Source: Nemertoderma westbladi (Eukaryota > Animalia > Xenacoelomorpha). Taken from it: a stretch of 64,000 nucleotides of DNA. Location of the stretch: positions 1 to 64,000 of the forward strand of contig JAUCBJ010000570.1 of the NCBI GenBank assembly GCA_032718475.1. The letters run 5' to 3'. The notes beneath the pieces are model-generated. The model was given only the letters and a program-made list of their open reading frames with translations, searched no databases and was not told the origin of the DNA. The position numbers were made by a program, and so were the translations under genes. Below are positions 22,921 through 35,046 of the stretch, piece by piece (position 1 is the stretch's first letter; every line of letters begins with the position of its first letter).

Positions 22921-25900
22921 GGTGGGTTTACCGATCTAGACCCTGGTGAGATAACTGATCTAGACCCTGGTGGGATAACTGATCTAGACCTTGGTGGGTT
23001 TACTGATATAGACCTTGGTGGGTTTACTGATATAGACCTTGGTGGGTTTACTGATATTGGTCATGGTGGGTTTACTGATCTTGGCCATTATGGGATAACT
23101 GATCTAGAACCTGGTGGGTTTACCGATCTAGACTCTGGTGGGATAACTGATCTAGACCCTGGTGGGTTTACTGATCTAGACCTTGGTGGGTTTACTGATC
23201 TAGACCCTGGTGGGATAACTGATCTAGGCCCTGGTGGGTTTACTGATATAGACCTTGGTGGGTTTACTGATATAGACCTTGGTGGGTTTACTGATATAGA
23301 CCTTGGTGGGTTTACTGATCTTGGTCATGGTGGGTTTACTGATCTTGGCCATGGTGGGTTAAGTGATCTAGACCCTGGTGGGTTTACCGATCTAGACCCT
23401 CGTGGGATAACTGATCTAGACCCTGGTGAGTTTACTGATCTTGGCCATGGTGGGATAACTGATCTAGACCCTGGTGGGTTTACCGATCTAGATCCTGGTG
23501 GGATAACTGATCTAGACCTTGGTGGGTTTACTGATCTTGGTAATGGTGGGTCTACTGATCTTGGTCATGGTGGGTTTACTGATCTAGACCCTGGTGGATT
23601 TACTGATCTAGACCTTGGTGGGTTTACTGATCTTGGTAATGGTGGGTTTACTGATCTTGGTCATGGTGGGTTTACTGATCTAGACCCTGGTGGGATAACT
23701 GATCTAGTCCCTGGTGGGTTTACTGATCTAGACCCTGGTGGGTTTACTGATATAGACCTTGGTAGGTTTACTGATCTTGGTAATGGTGGGTTTACTGATC
23801 TTGGTCATGGTGGGTTTACTGATCTAGACCCTGGTGGGATAACTGATCTAGACCCTGGTGGGTTTAATGTTATAGATCATGGTGGGTTTACTGATCTTGG
23901 TAATGGTGGGTTTATAGATATAGACCTTGGTGGGTTTAGTGATCTAGGCCCTGGTGGGTTTACTGATCTTGGTCATGGTGGGTTTACAGATCTAGACCCT
24001 GGTGGGATAACTGATCTAGACCTTGGTGGGTTTACTGATCTTGGTCATGGTGGGTTTACTGATCTAGACCCTGGTGGGTTTACTGATCTAGACCCTGGGG
24101 GATAACTGATCTAGACCCTGGTGGGTTTACTGATCTTGGTCATTGAGGGTTTACTGATCTTGGTCATGGTGGGTTTACTGATCTAGACCCTGGTGGGATA
24201 ACTGATCTAGTCCCTGGTGGGTTTACTGATCTAGACCCTGGTGGGTTTACTGATATAGACCTTGGTAGGTTTACTGATCTTGGTAATGGTGGGTTTACTG
24301 ATCTTGGTCATGGTGGGTTTACTGATCTAGACCCTGGTGGGATAACTGATCTAGACCCTGGTGGGTTTAATGTTATAGATCATGGTGGGTTTACTGATCT
24401 TGGTAATGGTGGGTTTATAGATATAGACCTTGGTGGGTTTAGTGATCTAGGCCCTGGTGGGTTTACTGATCTTGGTCATGGTGGGTTTACAGATCTAGAC
24501 CCTGGTGGGATAACTGATCTAGACCTTGGTGGGTTTACTGATCTTGGTCATGGTGGGTTTACTGATCTAGACCCTGGTGGGTTTACTGATCTAGACCCTG
24601 GTGGGAAAACAGATCTAGACCCTGGTGGGTTTACTGATCTTGGTAATGGTGGGTTTACTGATCTTGGTCATGGTGGGTTTACTGATCTAGACCCTGGTGG
24701 GTTTAATGTTATAGATCATGGTGGGTTTACTGATCTTGGTAATGGTGGGTTTATAGATCTTGGTCATGGTGGGTTTACTGATATAGACCTTGGTGGGTTT
24801 AGTGATCTAGACCCTGGTGGGTTTACTGATCTTGGTCATGGTGGGTTTACAGATCTTGGCCATGGTGTGTTTACTGATCTTGGCCTTGGTGGGATAACTG
24901 ATCTAGATCCTGGTGGGTTTGCTGATATAGACCCTCTGGTGGGTTTGCTGATATAGACCCTCTGGTGGGTTTACTGATCTTGGTCATGGTGGGTTTACTG
25001 ATCTTGGCCTTGGTGGGATAACTGATCTAGACCCTGGTGGGTTTACTGATCTTGGTCATGGTGGGTTTACTGATCTTGGTCATGGTGGGTTTACTGATAT
25101 AGACCTTGGTGGGTTTAGTGATCTAGACCCTGGTGGGTTTACTGATCTTGGTCATGGTGGGTTTACAGATCTAGACCCTGGTGGGATAACTGATCTAGAC
25201 CTTGGTGGGTTTACTGATCTTGGTCATGGTGGGTTTACTGATCTAGACCCTGGTGTGTTTACTGATCTTGGTCATGGTGGGTTTACTGATCTAGACCCTG
25301 GGGGATAACTGATCTAGACCCTGGTGGGTTTACTGATCTTGGCCATGGTGGGTTTACTGATCTTGGTCATTGAGGGTTTACTGATCTTGGCCATGGTGGG
25401 ATAACTGTTCTAGACCCTGGTGGGATAACTGATCTAGACCCTGGTGGGTTTACTGATCTTGGCCATGGTGGGTTCACTGATCTTGGCCATGGTGGGATAA
25501 CTGATCTAGACCATGGTGGGTTTACTGATCTAGACCCTGGTGGGTTTACTGATCTTGGTCATGGTGGGTTTACTGATCTTGGTCATGGTGTGTTTACTGA
25601 TCTTGGCCTTGGTGGGATAACTGATCTAGATCCTGGTGGGTTTGCTGATATAGACCCTCTGGTGGGTTTACTGATCTTGGTCATGGTGGGTTTACTGATC
25701 TTGGCCTTGGTGGGATAACTGATCTAGACCCTGGTGGGTTTACTGATCTAGACTCTGGTGGGTTTACTGATATTGGCCATGGTGTGTTTACTGATCTTGG
25801 CCTTGGTGGGATAACTGATCTAGATCCTGGTGGGTTTGCTGATATAGACCCTCTGGTGGGTTTGCTGATATAGACCCTCTGGTGGGTTTACTGATCTTGG

Positions 25901-26262
25901 TCATGGTGGGTTTACTGATCTTGGCCTTGGTGGGATAACTGATCTAGACCCTGGTGGGTTTGCTGATATAGACCCTCTGGTGGGTTTACTGATCTTGGTC
26001 ATGGTGGGTTTACTGATCTTGGCCTTGGTGGGATAACTGATCTAGACTCTGGTGGGTTTGCTGATATAGACCCTCTGGTGGGTTTACTGATCTTGGTCAT
26101 GGTGGGTTTACTGATCTTGGCCTTGGTGGGATAACTGATCTAGACCCTGGTGGGTTTGCTGATATAGACCCTCTGGTGTGTTTACTGATCTTGATCATGG
26201 TGGGTTTACTGATCTTGGCCTTGGTGGGATAACTGATTTAGACCCTTGTGGGTTTGCTGATC
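22921..26262. repeat. 24-bp minisatellite (GGTGGGTTTACTGATCTAGACCCT and variants), roughly 140 units
   Basis: Direct reading. Variant units (ATAACT, CTTGGTCAT, 26-bp CCCTCT) recur in higher-order blocks. Confidence 0.97.
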
Positions 26263-27045
26263 TAGACTTTGCTGATGACTTAGAAGTACTCACAGTGCTC
26301 CTTCAACATAGTGTTGTTGATGTTCATTTTAACTCAAAGAAGAAGGAAATTTTGACAGTTAACTTCCACAGTCCTCTATACATGTATCTGACAGTATCCG
26401 TATGAGCATACCCTGTATCATGGATGAGTGTGCGTGGGCAAGTGAATGACCTCTGCTACTTGGGTTGGATCCGCGAAGACCTTCTGATACTTTAAGGGGA
26501 AGGCATGGGTATGGGTAACATTTAATAGTCTGTCCAGGATTTGGAAGTGCCTTAGAATAGATAGGAATATTAATATTCGATTATTTTGAGCAGCAGTAGA
26601 AACAGTAGGCCTACAGTACTTATTATTTTATTTATAACTTTAATTCACTCAAAGGTGACAATTTATTAAATAAAATCAACAAATATCAAACAACATATTA
26701 AAATAAACATAAATAACCAAAAGTATCTCCTAACTCCCAAAACTCCTATACTGTATGTGTGTTTATTCCGGGGACTAACTGTAGAGGACACCAAATCTCT
26801 GGATGACTAAATATACACAAGAATGCTACGCCGTGTTCATTGTGTCAAGGAGTCAAGCACAATGTATATCTCCATCCAGACTCTATATAATATTGGAGGT
26901 GTCCCATTGGACCCCACAAGCTTGATACTTGAACAGATCCGCCTCCGTTTTGCAGGACATTGCGTTCATCGTGAGGACCAGCCAGAACACAATCGTGTGC
27001 TTTGGTGGCGCCATGGAGGGAATAAGCAATTAAGCAAGCATGGTC
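26257..27045 (+). mobile_element. Degenerate 5'-truncated RTE LINE copy
   Basis: Begins CTGATCTAGACTTTGCTGATGACTTAGAAGTACTC (DLDFADDLEVL) and continues to MLRRVHCV...RLRFAGHC; aligns to 34161-34860. Confidence 0.88.
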
Positions 27046-27109
27046 TTGAGACGCGAGGTTGTTTAGGTTTGTTGCAAAGTTTTCTAAATTGGGAATCTTG
27101 TTACCGTTG

Positions 27110-27372
27110 TCCTAGGCGAACGAATATCCCCCCCCCCCCACGCACGGAATGCCCCCCCCCCCCCCCCTCCCCATAGACTGATTATAGTAATACTGCAGTA
27201 CTGCAGTAGGCCAAGCCAGCAATTTGACTTCGTTTTATTTGTTTTTTTTTGGTTAGGGTTAGTTGGTTAGGCCCAAACCCTAATTAAAACTGTCATGTAA
27301 CCCTAAGTCATAAGGCTCTAATTTGAGAAATTTGTGGAATTTTGGACCCTTGCCATTGTCCCGTAGGGCCAC
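27110..27372. mobile_element. Second copy of the 4170-4560 repeat family
   Basis: Shares GGTTAGGGTTAGTTGG..GGCCCAAACCCTAATTAAAACTGT..AACCCTAAGTCATAAG. Confidence 0.65.
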
Positions 27373-29843
27373 AAATCCACAAGCACAATATTACCCATTT
27401 CCCTTTTACCAGTACCTACTCAGTAACAGTACAGCACAACCTACAGTACTGTACCTCGTTGCCGTGACAACCGCAATCACACTCTTAGTGTCCCCAGAGA
27501 GTCTCACACTGACAGCTCGTATGGAGCTGTAATCAACAGCCCCCCCCCCCCACACACACACCCGTGTAAATACTGTAGTATTTTATTTGTTTAATTTAGA
27601 TTTTGCTGTGCTGTGTGCCACAATTGGGGGCGTATTGTACATCCGCAGCAGTTTAGGTGTACACAATCTCGAGTAACCATGACCTACTATAATAATATAG
27701 TTTATTATACAGTAGTAGGTTATGTGGTAACCAAAATATTTTTTTATTTTTTTTGGTACCACGTGTGAGTCATGCTAAATTTACTCCCATCGAAATTCCA
27801 ACCATTTTATTTGTTTGACCAATTCCTCAGAATAAGTAAAATGTATTTACTAACCGGTGATAACCGGTTAAAACTGATATGCAAAAGAGAAATTCCGATT
27901 GAAAGACCAACGCTTTAACCACTTACACAAAACTGAACCTCATCCTGGGCTTGTATTATTATATACCGGTACATTAGGCCTAGCTCTTAATCGAATTTGA
28001 TTCAATTACTTGCATATAATACGTCGGTCAGCTTACTGACAGTAAATTAAATAGTAAAAGATTAAATATTTTATATTTTTGTAAAATATTGATATCGAAT
28101 AACTACTACTACTGTACAGGTCAGTTAAGTTGGGGAATTAATATGGTCTCTTTCGGTTTCTTTTATTTTGGTGCATGAAGATTGATCAATCTTTATCACC
28201 ATTACCATCATTATCTGTTGATATTATTCAGCAATTGAAATAAATAAATATAAATAGTGAATCATTGAGATATATATATTCTGTATATCATATAAATAGT
28301 GTATCCTACCTGAGATTTCCTGATTTAAAGGGGTAATTTCGCGACCACGTCACGTCCTGCACAACTAACCGTATGTACTCATTACATGATTCTGGGATTA
28401 GTTGTTACTGTAATCTCTGGTAAATCTCTGAGAAAAAACTAAGAGCATTGTCATCAGCATGTAAAATCGGGATCTATACTACTTATATCATTTACATACC
28501 TTACTTACATATGTACAGCAGGGGACCTTAATATTACTTATTACCTTACTGTACGGCACACCACACAAGTACAACTGTAGGCAATTGTTTTTACAGTATA
28601 GTGCGTATTGCTAATATCTATTAGCCATACCATAACATATTATTACAGAGTAGAATTTCAAGATCGAATGCATCCTAATGCCTTTTATCATCAAATTTAA
28701 CCTCCTAAGATGTGCTGTGCTTCCAGCTGAAGAAAAAAATAACGTTCTAGAATTTTAGATACAATACTTAAGATGCACATCTGTTAGGTTTGTAGATCCC
28801 TGCCTACCATCTATAAGAAAACACGCAGCTAACAAAATCTACTGGTTGAAGTCAGGACATTCGGGTTGGAGACAGACACTCCAGCCACCTAGACAACCGG
28901 AATGGTCGATGATGAATGCCAGCTTTGATATTCAGTATTATGCAAAATTCAAATGTTATAACATATTTGCACATGTAAACCTACTGTTTACGGTTTTATT
29001 AATTAAACCGTTAGTGCGTTGTGCGTTATTAAGATTAAACGTAAATGAAGTTCATGGAGGGCAGACTGTCAGAGTGTCGCAAATAATTTATATTGTTGGC
29101 TTAACCTACAGTACAACACTCACAGAATTATTGAATATAGTTTGATTGTTAATTTAAAATAGTTAGAGAACGTGTTTCCTTCCAATGGGCATTTATTTAA
29201 CCATTAGTTTATTGGATTTTAACGAGCCACGAAGTCTAGGTGTCTCTTTAGAAGCGATACAAATTACTGAACCGTCTGACGTCGCCGTTGAGAATGTTTG
29301 AACGCTAATAAGTCTGTCAATCTTTAATGAAATGGAACCAAACTTGGTACACATGTACAGTAGTTTATCAAAAGTTTAGAAATTATACACCCACACAGAT
29401 TTCTATAGTTCCTATGTCGGTCGCCAGAAGGAGTGACTAGGTACACTATTACTGCGGCGCGAAGTCTCATTAAACTTCGTGCAGCGCAGTCCCACGTAAG
29501 TTTCAATGCTGCATGCACGCACATCATCGTTTGTGTTATAACGCCATATTTAGATTTTCTAAAAAAATCGACTTGGCTTCTTCACAGCGACTACAACGTA
29601 TAAAAAAACGGTGAAACAGGATATGAAGCTAAAATGGGTCGTCCCTCTATTTATTATTGGTTGCTATGCTTATCACTGGTTGCGCTACATACCACTAGTG
29701 TAATTCGGAGCTCCGTTGTCTAATTGATAGTCCTTTCAATTAAACATAAAATCTATAATTAATATTTCGCCTTACAACTAGTACTAGTGCCGCTGTATTT
29801 GTATATTGATTGTCTGTCCACCATTTTCACCATCTGTGGTCAT

Positions 29844-30259
29844 CACTTACTTCCTGTAAGCCTACCACTAATCTGATAAACGCCTGTACCCGATTTACGC
29901 GGACTTTCACCCAGTTACTTCCTGTAGGCCTACCACTAATCCGATAAATGCCTGTACCCGATTTACGCGGACTTTCACCCACTTACTTCCTGTAGGCCTA
30001 CCACTAATCTGATAAACGCCTGTACCCGATTTACACAGGGTTTCACCCACTTACTTCCTGTAGGCCTACGACTAATCCGATAAACGCCTGTACCCGATTT
30101 ACACGGAGTTTCACCCAGTTACTTCCTGTAGGCCTACCACTAATCCGATAAACGCCTGTACCCGATTTACACGGGGTTTCACCCACTTACTTCCTGTAGG
30201 CCTACCATCCGCACTAATCTGATAAACGCCTGTACCGGATTTACCAGGGTTTCACCCAG
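29844..30259. repeat. 68-bp tandem repeat, 6 units
   Basis: Units start at 29844, 29912, 29980, 30048, 30116 and 30184 (CACTTACTTCCTGTAGGCCTACCACTAATC...). Confidence 0.93.
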
Positions 30260-31232
30260 CCGAAATAATGGATTAATATTATCAATTTGTATTGCCAGTC
30301 GAGTTTAGTTTAATAATTAATTAATTATCTGGCTGAAGGGGTTCAGTTAGGTGTAAAATATATATCGAATTACCATAAAAAGGTAAAAACCTGAAAATAT
30401 TAAGAAATCTGCGATCAACAAATTTGAAATTTGGACTCTAAATTTGGATTGACCTCAGCAGGTCACACACTGACAGGATGTCCAGGGTTGTGATAGGCTT
30501 ATTTAAGTTTTAGGACTTCCTTTACCTAAAGTACTATCTTGATACAAAATCAAATGAAGCTCTGAATATCTGAAAGGTATAATAAGGTCTGCATTACATA
30601 AATCCAAAATGTAGGGAACTGAAATCTATGTGGAAATCTCTTCGAATCACAAATCTATGAAGGTTAAATTATTCTTGGCAGCAGATTATTCCCGCGCGCC
30701 TTCGTGGTAGGGCCTGCTTATGATCCCATGATCCCAGTATCATATTACATATCCACTAGTCTCTTTGTTTTTCTATGGCAGCCGCAGCCGGTTGGTGGTG
30801 GGATGAAAGATGCAGTAGTTGGAAGATGTTAATGAAACTACTCATTCACCCATAATACCAATGATAATCCGGTAATGATGTACAGTAGTTAGCGGTGAGA
30901 ACCCAGCAAGGACTGTCATAAGCTTCAGTCCAGTCCTTATCCCACCCCACCTTGAAAAATTGTACCAAAGGGGTTTCTTTGCAAATTAAACAATCGATAT
31001 AGTGTCAAAGAAATTCTCAAGCACAACCACGAAATTACAATTTTCTTCTTCTTCCTTTCGGAATGTTGCATTATACCACATTATATATATAGTAGTAATT
31101 TTATTGATAATAATTATTAAACAGTATATAACAACGTAAATAACAGTATAGCTGCCTATATATGCATAACGCATAATATTCAGTATAGGCCTATATATGA
31201 AGAATGCTGTACCAGCAAATCAACAATGTTGC

Positions 31233-34200
31233 TTTGGTCAGGTCAGGTATTCTAGGTCATTGATCAAGAAAACTTGCCACCTCCATGCAGCATAAAGGAG
31301 GTGCCACCTGTAGCTGCATAGACCCTCTTACTAGGGCAAATCTGGTCCTGTAACTAGGACCCCCTTCGTTCTGGGATAAGGACGCCCTTGGTCCTGGATT
31401 AAGGACCCATATACTTGGCTGCAGGGGTATATGGCCTGACCAGGCAGATGGTGATCTACCAATGGCTGGTTAGGAGTAGAGTGTTCTCATGTCCACTCTG
31501 AGGGCACTTCACTGCGACCTGCACCTGGCAGCAAGGGTACAGGGCATGACCCAGCAGATGAGCTGCAACAGCCAATGGTGGGTCATGTACGCCAGAGTAG
31601 ATATGGGTGATGGGCCTCATATCTGACTCCATTGCGACACCCACCCTGTGGAATGGCAAACCAGGGTGTGGTATTTGCCCCGAGAGCTGACTCGGCAAAA
31701 AAGCACCCCCCAACCCCCACTATGGATTACATTAGCAATGCGGAGGTCCGGCCACTAGAGGCCAGTGGAATTACCGGACACAATCGGCCTCACAGGCGTC
31801 AGTTAACTCCTGACCGGCTGCCTGTCTCACCCCCTACTGGAGAGAGAGCAGCCAACAATTCTTTGAGTCCCTTTCCTGATGACCTTTCTGGCCCAAACCC
31901 TGGGTCACCAGGGAGGCCAGATTGTGATGGGGAGAGGGATTCTGGAGTTGGAGGCTACTCTCATGTTCCACCCCGACCAACAAAGCCATTGGTGAATCTG
32001 AGGCAAGTCACTAGACTAGCCTCAGTAAACACCCTAACACTCGGGTCCCCAATGCGACAAGGTGAGCTGACTGCCTTGGCAGATAAGCTTTCTCTTAGCG
32101 CAGTGGGTGTTCAAGAGCACCGAATGCAGACTGGACAGACTGATGAGGTTCTGATTAAGGACATGGGGGGCGGTTGGCGACTCGCCCTCGCGTCAGCAGA
32201 TGATAGTGGCAATGGTGGAATTGGTCTATTGATGAATCCAACTGCACATGCAGCATTGGACAAAATAGACCAAATCTCTAACCGCATCATCCGTTGCCAC
32301 TTCTCATGTTCTGGAAGACTGGCTAAGAAGTTTCCTAAGGTGGTTCTGATTGTGTGCTACTCTCCAACTAGTGTTGCCCCTGTAGAGGAGGTGGAAAATT
32401 TCTACCACAATCTACAAGCAGCAACTGATGGAGTGGATCACCATGCATTCTTAACATTCCTGGGAGACTTTAATGCAAGTCTGCATCAATCACCTACATC
32501 GCCCTGGGTCTATAGCAATAGTGTTAACCGAAATTCTGTCCATCTACAGGATTTTATCTCTGGTAATGGATTGTTTTCGGCTGGAATCCAGTTCAAGAAG
32601 CGAACTGGAAAGCTATGGACTCATAGTGGACCCAGTGGTCACAAGTCCCAGATAGACCATATTCTGTTTCGTAGGAAATACAGGAGCTCTATACAAGACT
32701 GTAATGCATTTACACTTCGACCCTTCTCCAGTGATCACCGCCTTATTGTGGCCAAGGTAAGACTTAGTCTGCGTGCTAGCAGAACAACGAAATCTGCCTT
32801 GCCACGGCATGACTGGTCCTCTCTGTTGCAACAGCCAAGTGTGAGATCCAGCTTCACACTACAGCTGAGCAACAGGTATGAGGCTCTTGCCTCTGAGGCG
32901 GCAGATCACTGTGAGGGCTATACTGCCTTTACAGAAGCAGTTAAGTTAGCAGCTGCAGAAACAGTTCCTGTATACCCTCGAAACAGGAAAAGGGCCCCCT
33001 GGACTGACAACAAAATTCAGAAGTGCCGAAATGACCTTCATAAGGCGCAGAAAGAGTCCCGACTCAAACAGACTACAGCGGCCAAGAATGCAGTTAAAGC
33101 TGCATCTAGGTCCCTGAACAGGCAGTACTCTGTTAATCTACAGGAGCTAATAAACCAACAGGTTGATGCCGGCGTCAATGATGCTGACGACAGCAGGCAA
33201 TCATCCCAGGCATGGAAATCGATCAATCTGCTTACTGGGCGGAAAAGCCAACCAACCACCAAGGTTAAGGCTGAATCACCAGCCGATCGCCTCAATGGTT
33301 GGAAAGCCCACTTTGAAAAGCTCCTCAATAATGACAGGGTATTGCCTGATAACTTTATAGAAGTAAAAGTGTCTGAGTCTGTACTCCCAGATATTCCCAT
33401 TGGCGATATCTCCTTTGCAGAAGTGAAGGCTGCTGCAAAGAGCATTAAGACCAATCGTGCCAGTGGAGTAGATGGTGTTCCCCCTGAGGTCTTTAAAATA
33501 CCTGAGTGTTTAAAGCTCATCTATCCCATCATAGTAGACATGTACCGTACAACAAGAGTCCCACAAGAAATGAAAACAAATAAGTTGGTGCCAGTTCCCA
33601 AGAAGGGCAACCTAACACTCTATGGTTCTTTTCGGGGAATCTCATTGATCTCGATTGCCGCAAAACTATACAATATAATTCTATTAAATCGCATCAGGGA
33701 TCCCATTGAGAGACTGCTACGTGGAAATCAGAATGGGTTCCGTAAAGGTCGTGGGACCATGGATCCCATTTTGGCACTTAGAAGGATAATTGAAGAGTTA
33801 TCAAAAAAGAAAGACAGGCATCTGGTGTTATCTTTGTTGACTTCTTCAAGGCCTTTGATTCAGTCTCTCGCTCACGTATGTTCAGCATACTTTCATTATA
33901 TGGGATTCCTGATGAAATTATTGCAGCAATCAGATCAGTATACGATGGTTCGACAACATTTGTGTTTACTGTTGACGGTGACACAGAACCATTTGAAGTG
34001 TTATGGGGCGTCCTCCAAGGAGACACACTTGCACCATTCTTGTTCATTATTGTGGTTGACTATGTTCTACGCATGTCCTTAGATCATCATAATGATGATG
34101 GGGTGATGATAACTCCACCTACTGGCTCCAGAAGTCGAGGAAATCCTGCCAAGTACCTAACTGATCTAGACTTTGCTGATGACTTAGGAGTACTCTCAGA

Positions 34201-35046
34201 ATCATTAGAGGGAGCCCAGCGGCTCCTCAGCTCATTAGAACATGCTGCTTCTAGTGTTGGTCTTTTTATTAACTCCAGAAAGACCAAAATTCTGACAGTT
34301 AACTTTGAAAGTCCTCAGCAAGCCTCTGATCGGATGAGCATAAGCTCAAAGGATGGTATGCTTGAGCATGTGGACGACTTCTGTTACCTGGGATCATGGA
34401 TCCGGAAGTCAGGTGAGGACCTTCGAATACGTAAGGGAAAGGCATGGGCAGCCTTGAATAGGCTTTCCAGGATTTGGATGTCACCTAGAATTAATCGGAA
34501 ACTTAAGGTCCGATTATTTAGAGCAGCAGTAGTTCCAGTACTCCTCTACGGGAGTCCATGCTGGGCTCTAACTGCTGAGGACACCAAATCTCTGGATCCC
34601 TAGATGGAAGACCCCTAGATCCCTTCCTATAATAAAATCTCTGGATGGCACATTCACAAGAATGCTACGCCGGGTACATTGTGTCAAGTACAATGCACAC
34701 ATCTCCAACCAGACACTGTATGACATTGAAGGTGTCTCATTGGTTCCCCCAAGCTTGACACTAGAACAAAATCGCCTCCGCTTTGCAGGACATTGCTTTC
34801 GCCGTGAGGACCAGCCAGTGCATAATCTTGTACTTTGGCAGCCTCATGGAGTGAATAAGCATGGTGGACAGCCCATGACTTTCTTGAGACGCATCTTAAA
34901 GGACACTGGCCTTAAAGATGCGGATGATCTAGCAAATGTCATGGGTGATAGGGAGTTGTGGCGGCGCAATTTTGTTGACAAGCCGGCACAGCATTCTTAA
35001 AAATGCAGCTGCAATGCAGCATGCCGATCCTAGTAGTAGTAGTAGT
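31233..35046 (+). mobile_element. Near full-length RTE-clade non-LTR retrotransposon
   Basis: About 490-nt hairpin-rich 5' region, a single APE-RT frame without a C-terminal zinc finger, a short 3' UTR with stem-loop GCTGC-AAT-GCAGC, and a (TAG)5 tail. Confidence 0.95.
31722..35000 (+). pseudogene. APE endonuclease-reverse transcriptase ORF of the RTE element, broken by two lesions
   Basis: APE motifs VGVQEHR, CYSPT, LGDFNA, SQIDHIL, SSDH; RT motifs QNGFRKGR, QGDTLAP, DFADD, YLGS. A 1-bp deletion near 33825 (relative to the 5637-6974 copy) and a 49-bp insertion at 34598-34646. Confidence 0.93.

Noticed and set aside
22909-24105. 398-aa ORF of GGFTDLDP repeats resembling a calcium-binding repeat protein
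   Set aside because: TTG start, no unique domain, and the frame is broken by 23- and 26-bp units. It is a by-product of a 24-bp stop-free satellite.
29844-30259. Hammerhead ribozyme in the 68-bp repeat, or kinship with the other 68-bp satellite
   Set aside because: Has CTGATAA rather than CTGANGA and no properly placed GAAA on that strand; similarity to 46404-47819 is limited to a few bases.
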